This document shows positions 9,915 to 17,697 of a stretch of 52,915 nt of DNA, piece by piece. Source of the DNA: Flavobacterium sp. GTDB taxonomy: Bacteria > Bacteroidota > Bacteroidia > Flavobacteriales > Flavobacteriaceae. Each line of letters opens with the position of its first letter. Position 1 is the stretch's first letter. The stretch covers positions 1-52,915 of the forward strand of contig JBILNU010000001.1 in the NCBI GenBank assembly GCA_044374815.1, given 5' to 3'. The notes below the pieces were generated by a model. That model saw only the letters and a list, made by a program, of their open reading frames with translations. It ran no database searches and was not told where the DNA came from. The translations under genes were made by a program, and so were the position numbers.

Positions 9915-10394
9915 TTGAATTCTAAACCTGTAAGTTCAATTTCTGAAGCAATTCAAAAAATGGAAAGCTATTGTGCTTACCAAGAGCGATGCCATCTTGA
10001 AGTGCAAGAAAAATTACGAGGATTTGATATCGCTACTATTGATAAAGAACGGGTAATTGTTCATTTAATTGATCATAATTTTCTTAATGAAGAACGATTT
10101 GCCTCTTTATTTACAATTAGTAAATTCCACCAAAAAAAATGGGGCAAAATTCGAATTAAAAACGAGTTAAAAGCCCGCAGAATTTCCGATTTTTTAATTA
10201 CAAAATCACTCAAAGAAATTCCTTCAGAAGAATACGAAACAACCTTCGAAATTTTGTCTGAAAAACATTGGGAAACATTACCAGAAAGAGATTCTTCTAA
10301 AAAAAGAAAGAAATTCTGTGACTTTCTACTACGAAAAGGTTGGGAAAGTGATAAAATTTACGAAAAGCTAAAGCAATTAGAAAAAGCTATTTAG
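9915..10394 (+). CDS. recX: Regulatory protein RecX
   Basis: YCAYQERC, FLNEERFA, KWGKIRI..EL, FLLRKGW. Confidence 0.9.
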   Translation: MNSKPVSSISEAIQKMESYCAYQERCHLEVQEKLRGFDIATIDKERVIVHLIDHNFLNEERFASLFTISKFHQKKWGKIRIKNELKARRISDFLITKSLKEIPSEEYETTFEILSEKHWETLPERDSSKKRKKFCDFLLRKGWESDKIYEKLKQLEKAI

Positions 10395-11541
10395 ATACTA
10401 AAATACTTACCGCATTTCCTCCAAAACCAACTGCGTTAATTAATACTTTACGAATGTTTTTTCTAGGGGTTTGCTTTTCAGCAAAAGGTACTGCGACAAA
10501 TTGATTATGTTGTATCATTAAGAGCGCCAATTCCAAACTTAACATTCCTGAAGCCCCAAAAGTGTGGCCTATTTTCCATTTATTAGTGGTGAGCATCGGA
10601 TGCTGATCTCCAAATACTTTTAGAATAGCTTTGTACTCGGAAGCATCGCCTTTTATAGTTCCAGGAGCATGCATCACAATGGCATCAACCTCATCTAAAT
10701 TCGTGTTTTGAAGGGCCATTTTCATCGAATTTTGAAAACATTTCGCATCCTCAGAAATAGAAATATTGTGTTCTAAATCATCGGTAGCATACCCTATCCC
10801 TTCAATAAAACCTAATGCATTTTTTGAATTTCCAATCTCCAAACAAGCAACTCCAGCTCCTTCTCCAAGAACCATGCTGTTTTTTGTTTTAGTCAAATCA
10901 AATGCTTTACAAGGATACTCCGATTCTTCATTAGCATAAATCTTTAATGCTTGCATTTGAGACAAAGTAAAAGCCGTTAAAGGTGCCTCGCTTCCTCCAA
11001 CTAAAAATTGAGTTGCCATCCCCGATTGCAGCCAAGCAACTGCATTTAAAATGGCATGCAAGGCGGTAGAACAGGTTATGGAATGCGAAATTTCGGGACC
11101 TTTATTTTTTAAATCGTGTGCCACCCATGAGGATATATTTCCCAAAGTAGTGGTAGGCGAAGTGAGCGTTGCCGTTCGTCCTGTTTTTAAAAATTCTTGG
11201 TGGTATTTTTCAAATAATTGAGTGGCTCCTCTTGACGATCCTATATTAATTCCAAAATCATCTCCTGCTTTCCAACCAGCATTTTTTATTGCTTGTCTTG
11301 AAACTAGAATTGCCAACAATACGGTTTCGTCTAAAGCCTTATATTTAATATCTGATTTTCGAAGCAATTCCATTTCATTTCTTAATTCATTAGGAATTGT
11401 AGCTACAAAATACTTTTGATTATTGTATTTTTTACTTGAAATCAATGATTCATCAGAAAGGTAATTTTGCCAAATAGCTTCTGGTGTATTTCCCAAAGGC
11501 GAAATAGTAGACAAAGAAGTTATGGCAATTTTAGTTTTCAA
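10387..11541 (-). CDS. Stand-alone beta-ketoacyl synthase (FabF/FabB-like)
   Basis: SITCST (catalytic Cys), GGSEAP, MVLGEGAG, VMHAPGT, KIGHTFGASG, NAVGFGGN; TTG start. Confidence 0.88.
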   Translation of the reverse strand: MKTKIAITSLSTISPLGNTPEAIWQNYLSDESLISSKKYNNQKYFVATIPNELRNEMELLRKSDIKYKALDETVLLAILVSRQAIKNAGWKAGDDFGINIGSSRGATQLFEKYHQEFLKTGRTATLTSPTTTLGNISSWVAHDLKNKGPEISHSITCSTALHAILNAVAWLQSGMATQFLVGGSEAPLTAFTLSQMQALKIYANEESEYPCKAFDLTKTKNSMVLGEGAGVACLEIGNSKNALGFIEGIGYATDDLEHNISISEDAKCFQNSMKMALQNTNLDEVDAIVMHAPGTIKGDASEYKAILKVFGDQHPMLTTNKWKIGHTFGASGMLSLELALLMIQHNQFVAVPFAEKQTPRKNIRKVLINAVGFGGNAVSILVSK

Positions 11542-11686
11542 GCTTCAAAATTTGATAACAAATATAGGTAAAACTTGCAATTTGAAAGCCTAATAATCGC
11601 TTTAAAAGTAAACTTCTAGTTATTATTTTATGTATAAAACAATTACAAAAAACTATATCTTTGAGGCTAGGTAAATTAAGAGCACA

Positions 11687-12334
11687 ATGTTTCAAAATAA
11701 AAAAGATATCGTTTATGTAATTCTTGCGGGAATCTTTATAACCAATGCAGTGGTAGCCGAATTAATAGGCGGAAAATTAATTACTGTTTTTGGAGTCCCG
11801 ATGAGTGTTGGAATCTTGCCATGGCCTGTAGTATTTGTTACCACGGATTTAATCAACGAATATTTTGGCGAAAAAGGAGTGCGTAAATTATCTCTAATAA
11901 CCGCCGGTTTGATCGCGTATACATTTTTGATATTATTTGTTGCCATGGGAATACCGGCAATGAAAGGCGCAAACTTAATTACCGATGATCAATTTAATGG
12001 TGTTTTTGGCCAAAGCCTGTGGATTATTGTGGGGAGTATTACTGCATTTATGGTTTCCCAATTAATTGATGTGACTATTTTTCATTTTGTAAAAAATAAA
12101 ACTGGCGGAAAAATGATTTGGCTACGAAGTACCGGTTCTACTGTTATTTCTCAGTTATTTGATAGTTTTATTGTGTTGGGTATTGCCTTTTGGATGACAG
12201 GAAAAATGACTGCCGAAATTTTTATTGCTTCGGCTTTAACTGGATATTTTGTGAAATTGATAATAGCCATTTTATTAACTCCTTTAATCTACTTGGGGCA
12301 TTCCATAATTGAAAAATACATTCATGGAAAATAA
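11687..12334 (+). CDS. yhhQ: Queuosine precursor transporter (YhhQ/VUT family)
   Basis: Multiple TM segments; TDLINEYFG, SQLIDV, WLRSTGST.SQLFDS. Confidence 0.85.
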   Translation: MFQNKKDIVYVILAGIFITNAVVAELIGGKLITVFGVPMSVGILPWPVVFVTTDLINEYFGEKGVRKLSLITAGLIAYTFLILFVAMGIPAMKGANLITDDQFNGVFGQSLWIIVGSITAFMVSQLIDVTIFHFVKNKTGGKMIWLRSTGSTVISQLFDSFIVLGIAFWMTGKMTAEIFIASALTGYFVKLIIAILLTPLIYLGHSIIEKYIHGK

Positions 12335-12884
12335 GATTCGTTGCGCTTGGTGCGAAAAAGACGATTTATACAGAAATTATCACGATCATGAATGGGGGAA
12401 ACCTGTTTATGAGGACCAAAAATTATTTGAGTTTTTAATCTTAGAAACTTTTCAAGCTGGTTTGAGTTGGTACACTATTTTAAAAAAACGGGAGAATTTT
12501 AGGTTGGCTTTTGCCGATTTTGATTACAAAAAAGTCGCTTTATTCTCGGAAGAAAAAATTCAAGAATTGCTATTGGATGCCGGAATCATTAGAAACCAAC
12601 TCAAAATAAGAGCTGCAGTAGCCAATGCGATTGCTTTTATGAAAGTTCAGGATGAATTTGGAACTTTTTCAAATTACATTTGGAAATTCACCAACGGTAA
12701 ACCCATCGATAACAATCCGAAAACTCTAAAAGACATCCCATCCTCATCTCCACTATCCGATGCCATTAGCAAGGATTTAAAAAAACGTGGATTTAAATTT
12801 GTGGGGACCACCGTTGTTTATGCGCACATGCAAGCCACCGGAATGGTAAATGATCATATTGAAAGTTGTTGGACTAGATCGTAG
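12324..12884 (+). CDS. tag: DNA-3-methyladenine glycosylase I
   Basis: RCAW, YHDHEWG, LETFQAGLSW, GFKFVG, GMVNDH; ATG at 12324 preferred over TTG at 12309. Confidence 0.96.
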   Translation: MENKIRCAWCEKDDLYRNYHDHEWGKPVYEDQKLFEFLILETFQAGLSWYTILKKRENFRLAFADFDYKKVALFSEEKIQELLLDAGIIRNQLKIRAAVANAIAFMKVQDEFGTFSNYIWKFTNGKPIDNNPKTLKDIPSSSPLSDAISKDLKKRGFKFVGTTVVYAHMQATGMVNDHIESCWTRS

Positions 12885-12894
12885 TGTTTTGAAT

Positions 12895-13536
12895 TTAAAG
12901 CTGAGTTTGTAAAATTTTCATAAAAAGGTCTCTCGAGATTTCAAAAGCGCCTAATTTTTCTAAATGGTCGTTGTGAACCTGGCAATCTAAAAGCAAATAA
13001 TTGCGCTCTTTCAAGTAGTCTATTAATTTTACAAAAGCCACTTTACTCGCATTTGGTACTTTAGAAAACATGCTTTCTCCACAAAAAACATGACCTAAAT
13101 CTAAGCCATACAAACCGCCAACCAACTCGTTATTTTGCCATACTTCAAATGAAATTGCTTTTCCTAAATGATGCAGTTGTGTATAGGAATCAACTATTTT
13201 CTCTGAAATCCAAGTCCCTTCTTGACCCTTGCGTTCAATCTTTTGACAATTGGAAATTACGTTAGCAAAATCTTGGTTGATGGTAACCTCAAATAAATTT
13301 CTATTGATGATATTCTTTAGGCTTTTTGGGGCCTTATAATCTTTTGGATTGACCACCATTCGCTTGGGTGGAGCCCACCAAAGAATAGGTTCATCCGAAT
13401 CAAACCAAGGAAAAATACCGTTCTTATATGCCAATAGCAATCGATCGGTACTCAAATCGCCACCAACCGCTAAGATGCCCTCATAGCTGGCCTCTTCTAC
13501 TGGTGGAAAATACAATTCTTTGGTTAAAAAATACAT
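12895..13536 (-). CDS. aat: Leucyl/phenylalanyl-tRNA--protein transferase
   Basis: GGDLS, AYKNGIFPW, LVGGLYG, FCGESMFS, DCQ. Confidence 0.96.
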   Translation of the reverse strand: MYFLTKELYFPPVEEASYEGILAVGGDLSTDRLLLAYKNGIFPWFDSDEPILWWAPPKRMVVNPKDYKAPKSLKNIINRNLFEVTINQDFANVISNCQKIERKGQEGTWISEKIVDSYTQLHHLGKAISFEVWQNNELVGGLYGLDLGHVFCGESMFSKVPNASKVAFVKLIDYLKERNYLLLDCQVHNDHLEKLGAFEISRDLFMKILQTQL

Positions 13537-13619
13537 AGTGAAATAATGAATTCAATAAAAAAGCCAGAAATTCAAGTTAAACTTAAACTTCTGACTTCTA
13601 TCATAGACCTTTTAACTTT

Positions 13620-13997
13620 TTAGAAAGGTAAATCATCGTGCTCTTCTTCTTTAAAATCAGTTGCTGGAGCAAAAGTTTCTGCTGCAGGAACCGGAGGGAT
13701 CATTTGCGCTGCTGGAGCATCCGATTGTGTTTTTTCAATTCTCCATCCTTGAATTGAGTTAAAATATTTGGTTTCACCTTGCTGATTAACCCATTCTCTA
13801 CCTCTTAAGTTAATGGATACTTTTACAGCATCACCAATTGAATAGTTGTTCAAAATATCACATTTATCTTGAGTAAACTCAATCATAATGTGCTGTGGAT
13901 ACTGCTCATCTGTAGTAATTACTAATTCTCTTTTTTTAAACGAAGCGCTTACTTGTTGCTCTGCGTTAATCACTTTTACTTTTCCTAATACTTCCAT
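13620..13997 (-). CDS. DUF3127-like OB-fold protein with SSB-type acidic C-terminal tail
   Basis: F.KRELV.TT.EQYPQ, INLRGREW, YFNSIQGWRI; ends in DDLPF. Confidence 0.8.
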   Translation of the reverse strand: MEVLGKVKVINAEQQVSASFKKRELVITTDEQYPQHIMIEFTQDKCDILNNYSIGDAVKVSINLRGREWVNQQGETKYFNSIQGWRIEKTQSDAPAAQMIPPVPAAETFAPATDFKEEEHDDLPF

Positions 13998-14009
13998 AAT
14001 AATTCTAAT

Positions 14010-14885
14010 TTATTTTTTTGCTAAAAGCACTTTCCATGCAGTTAACGATTCGTTTTTGTCTAAATATTCTTTAGCTAATTGAAATTTTTTAACCTCATCA
14101 TCAGCACTTAAAACTGCTTTAATTTCAAAATTTTGCTTTACAAATATAATAATTTCTTCTTCACTTGGCAACGCCTCAACATTTCCTAATTTTCCTAAAT
14201 CATTGCCATTAAAAATACCGCTTTCTTTAATAAATTTTGGGATTGCATCTACACCAATTCCCAGTGTAGCTAATGGTTTTTCAACTTCAAAAAGTCCTTT
14301 ATTGGCTCTAGAATACCAATTACCTCCCAATCGGGAAACCAAATCAATTTTGGCTGGATCAATCATTCCATTCGTATCTAAGACAGCTTCATCAATATGA
14401 ATACGTACTACTTCACAAATAATTAAATTTCCGGCTCCACCCTCAGTTCCTAATGAAATAATTTCGTTAACCACACATTCCATTTGCACCGGACTTTCAC
14501 CAACACGATATGGTTTTACCACATCTGAAGGAAGTGCTGTAAGTCCTGCCTTAACAAATTCATTTACGCCATCTCCATATTCGGTACTGGATAAAGACAT
14601 TTGTTGAACAATGTCATAATTCACCACATTAATCACTACTTGCTTGGTTTCTTGACAATTAACAAGCGTATGCTTAATTGAATTATCTCGAACTCTTCGC
14701 GCAGGTGAGAAAACTAAAATTGGAGGATTGGCACTAAAAACATTAAAAAAACTAAAGGGAGACAAGTTGGGTTTTCCATTTTTATCTACCGTACTTGCAA
14801 ATGCAATTGGTCTAGGCGCAACGGCACTTTGCAAATAGCCTTGAAGTTTCACCGTTCCAATATCTTTAGGATTTATCGTTACCAT
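14010..14885 (-). CDS. Flavin reductase-like (DIM6/NTAB) family protein
   Basis: VAPRPIAF.ST, NLSPFSFFN, ESPVQMEC, RLGGNWY. Confidence 0.88.
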   Translation of the reverse strand: MVTINPKDIGTVKLQGYLQSAVAPRPIAFASTVDKNGKPNLSPFSFFNVFSANPPILVFSPARRVRDNSIKHTLVNCQETKQVVINVVNYDIVQQMSLSSTEYGDGVNEFVKAGLTALPSDVVKPYRVGESPVQMECVVNEIISLGTEGGAGNLIICEVVRIHIDEAVLDTNGMIDPAKIDLVSRLGGNWYSRANKGLFEVEKPLATLGIGVDAIPKFIKESGIFNGNDLGKLGNVEALPSEEEIIIFVKQNFEIKAVLSADDEVKKFQLAKEYLDKNESLTAWKVLLAKK

Positions 14886-14995
14886 ATCGAATCAATTTTT
14901 ACAAAGATATAAAATGCATCATGAATTTTTATTTCAAAACAAATTCATTTTGTAGCATCAATCATTTTTTTCTTACATTTAAAAAAAATTTATTC

Positions 14996-16141
14996 ATGCA
15001 GTTTTCCGAGAAAAGAAATATTACACGATGGGTTATCATTATGGCTTCCTTTCTTATTATTAGCCTAATTTTATGGAATACTTATTCGTTTTTTCAAATT
15101 TTCAAAAATGAAGAGCGTGTAAAAATGGAGCAATGGGCTTCGGCATTAAAAACATTGAATAATGCCGATGAAAATGCCGATACCGAATTACCTCTTAAGA
15201 TCATTCAAAATGCAAGCATTCCAATTATTGCAATTCAGGATAATGTAATTATTAATAGTAATAACATTGATGAAGATATTGTTAATGATAAAATAAAATT
15301 GGCTGCCTTTCTAAGAAAACTAAAATCAGAAAATGAGCCCATCGAATTGGAATATTCTCCGGGGAAATTTCAATATTTATACTACGGAAATTCAGCGCTA
15401 CTAAATAAATTAAAATACTATCCGGTTGCTTTATTGCTTATTATTTTCTTGTTTGGCTCCTTAGTTTACAACTTTTATAGAAGCACTAAAATGGCTACTC
15501 AAAACAAACTTTGGGCTGGTATGGCAAAGGAAACCGCACATCAAATTGGCACTCCTTTATCGTCATTAATAGGTTGGTTGGAAATAATGAAAGGAGAAAA
15601 TATCTCTGAATCTATTATTCAAGAAATTGAAAAAGACATTAACCGACTTCAAACGATAACCGACCGATTTTCGAAAATTGGATCCGAACCGGCGCTTGAA
15701 AGTAAAGATGTCATTGCAGAAACCCGTCAATCATTTGATTATTTAAAATCAAGATTCTCCCACCAAGTTACCTTTGATTTTATTGCGCCAAATGAGCCTA
15801 TATTTATTGCATTAAACCCAGAATTACACAGTTGGACCATTGAAAATTTAATGAAAAATGCCATTGACGCCATGAAAGGCAAAGGGGCATTAAAATTATT
15901 AATTGAAAAATCGGGGCAATATGTAAAAATTAATGTTTCGGATACCGGAAAAGGAATTCCGAAAAATCAATTTAGAAAGGTTTTTGAACCTGGTTTTACA
16001 ACCAAAAAAAGAGGTTGGGGATTGGGTTTATCATTAACTAAACGAATCGTAGAAGAATATCATAAAGGAAAAATAAAAGTTGCCCAATCTGAAATTGACA
16101 ATGGAACTACTATGCAGATTATTTACGGAAAGGTGAAATAA
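14996..16141 (+). CDS. Membrane sensor histidine kinase (orphan)
   Basis: Two TM segments; ETAHQIGTPLS H-box; ENLMKNAIDAM; DTGKGI; FEPGFTTK; GLGL. Start MQFSEK preferred (ORF track gives 14921). Confidence 0.92.
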   Translation: MQFSEKRNITRWVIIMASFLIISLILWNTYSFFQIFKNEERVKMEQWASALKTLNNADENADTELPLKIIQNASIPIIAIQDNVIINSNNIDEDIVNDKIKLAAFLRKLKSENEPIELEYSPGKFQYLYYGNSALLNKLKYYPVALLLIIFLFGSLVYNFYRSTKMATQNKLWAGMAKETAHQIGTPLSSLIGWLEIMKGENISESIIQEIEKDINRLQTITDRFSKIGSEPALESKDVIAETRQSFDYLKSRFSHQVTFDFIAPNEPIFIALNPELHSWTIENLMKNAIDAMKGKGALKLLIEKSGQYVKINVSDTGKGIPKNQFRKVFEPGFTTKKRGWGLGLSLTKRIVEEYHKGKIKVAQSEIDNGTTMQIIYGKVK

Positions 16142-16148
16142 AAAATCT

Positions 16149-16538
16149 TTACAAATTAGCTTGAACCACTTTTACAATGGCCTCAAATTCATCTTTGGTT
16201 AACGAAACTTTATTTTGAAAACGCATTTCATCCATTTCATTTAACGGAATTAAATGCACGTGTGCATGGGGAACTTCTAAACCTATTACAGCCATACCCA
16301 CGCGTTTACAAGGGATAGCTTTTTCAAGAGCAACGGCAATTTTTTTAGAAAACTGCATCAATCCAAGATATAATTCGTCTTCAATATCAAAAATCTTATT
16401 GATCTCTTGCTTCGGAATACATAAAGTATGTCCTTTTGCATTGGGATTTACATCCAAAAAAGCCAAAAACTTATCGTCTTCGGCTATTTTATAACATGGA
16501 ATTTCTCCTTGTACTATTTTGGTAAAAATACTAGACAT
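16149..16538 (-). CDS. HIT family nucleotide hydrolase
   Basis: SIFTKI..GEIP, GHTL.IPK, VPHAHVHLIP histidine triad. Confidence 0.95.
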   Translation of the reverse strand: MSSIFTKIVQGEIPCYKIAEDDKFLAFLDVNPNAKGHTLCIPKQEINKIFDIEDELYLGLMQFSKKIAVALEKAIPCKRVGMAVIGLEVPHAHVHLIPLNEMDEMRFQNKVSLTKDEFEAIVKVVQANL

Positions 16539-16540
16539 AA

Positions 16541-17017
16541 TTAGTCTCTAGAAATTTCTAAAATTTCGAATTTCAAAGTACCATTTGGAACGATAATTTC
16601 CGCTACTTCACCTACCGATTTTCCTAACAATCCTTTTCCAATTGGAGAAGTTACTGATATTTTTCCGGTTTTTAAATCGGCTTCACTTTCGGCAACCAAA
16701 GTATATTTCATTTCCATTCCGTTGGTTTGGTTTTTGATTTTCACATTCGATAAAACCAATACTTTTGAAGTGTCTAAGTGACTTTCGTCAATTAGACGCG
16801 CATTAGAATGGATCTCTTCTAATTTTGCAATTCGCATTTCAAGCATGCCTTGAGCTTCTTTGGCAGCATCATATTCGGCATTCTCTGACAAATCTCCTTT
16901 GTCTCTTGCTTCAGCAATATCTGCTGATGCTTTAGGGCGTGCCACATTTTTTAGATAATCTAATTCTTCTTTTAATTTTTTCAGTCCCTCTGCGGTGTAA
17001 TAAGATACAGTGCTCAT
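16541..17017 (-). CDS. greA: Transcription elongation factor GreA
   Basis: GDLSENAEY, ISVTSPIGKGLLG. Confidence 0.97.
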   Translation of the reverse strand: MSTVSYYTAEGLKKLKEELDYLKNVARPKASADIAEARDKGDLSENAEYDAAKEAQGMLEMRIAKLEEIHSNARLIDESHLDTSKVLVLSNVKIKNQTNGMEMKYTLVAESEADLKTGKISVTSPIGKGLLGKSVGEVAEIIVPNGTLKFEILEISRD

Positions 17018-17090
17018 AATTTCATTACTTTATTCTTCTTTGTGAATTCTAAGAAGTTATTTGGTATTCTAAGTTTTTAATCCTTATCAT

Positions 17091-17123
17091 AAAATAGAAA
17101 AAATCCCATCAGGACGGGATTTC
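17091..17123 (-). terminator. Terminator-like hairpin in the greA 5' leader (possible attenuator)
   Basis: Minus strand AAATCCCGT-cctg-ATGGGATTT-TTTCTATTTT, directly downstream of TATCTTTG (17130-17137). Confidence 0.6.
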
Positions 17124-17235
17124 TTTTTTCAAAGATAACAAATTTGTGTATTAAATTCCTACTTTTGTTTTATAATACAATACAAAGTTAACTAAATAAA
17201 TTTTTTAAACATATCTTTTAATAATTATTTTAAAA

Positions 17236-17658
17236 ATGAAAAAAATATTTACTCTGATTTTTTTTGCCGTTTTTTTGTTAGGCTGTAATAAAGATTCGTT
17301 TAATAATGACAACCCCTATCTACCTAATTATAGCTTTTCAATGGATTTAAATAAAAACTTGCCAAGTTATAGTGGGTTGAATTTTGCCGGAAACGCTGTA
17401 AAAGCTTATCCTGCAAATGGTCCATCGAGGGGGGTTATCGTATTTAATACTGGAGGGGAATATAAAGCTTGGGATGGGGCCTGTCCTAACCAAGATTTAA
17501 CAACTTGTTCTACCTTAAATTTAAGTGGATCTAATGCTAATTGCACGTGTGGAAATGAAAATTATAATCTATTTACTGGACAAAGCGCCGGAAAACCCTA
17601 TCCTTTAAAACAATATCGTGTAGAAGTAAACGGCGATATTATTCGGATTTTTAATTAA
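17236..17658 (+). CDS. Lipoprotein with degenerate Rieske-like domain
   Basis: Lipobox LLGC; AWDGACP...C..CTC...YNLFTG...PLKQYRV resembles a Rieske fold. Confidence 0.7.
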   Translation: MKKIFTLIFFAVFLLGCNKDSFNNDNPYLPNYSFSMDLNKNLPSYSGLNFAGNAVKAYPANGPSRGVIVFNTGGEYKAWDGACPNQDLTTCSTLNLSGSNANCTCGNENYNLFTGQSAGKPYPLKQYRVEVNGDIIRIFN

Positions 17659-17696
17659 TATAAAAAAGCCAAGTAAATTACTTGGCTTTTTTATAT
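17658..17696. terminator. Bidirectional intrinsic terminator
   Basis: ATATAAAAAAGCCAAGTAA-a-TTACTTGGCTTTTTTATAT perfect inverted repeat. Confidence 0.92.
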
Positions 17697-17697
17697 T

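Noticed and set aside
11542-11686. preQ1 riboswitch upstream of yhhQ
   Set aside because: The leader after the TATCTTTG box is only about 20 nt, and no preQ1 stem-loop plus A-tail pattern is convincing
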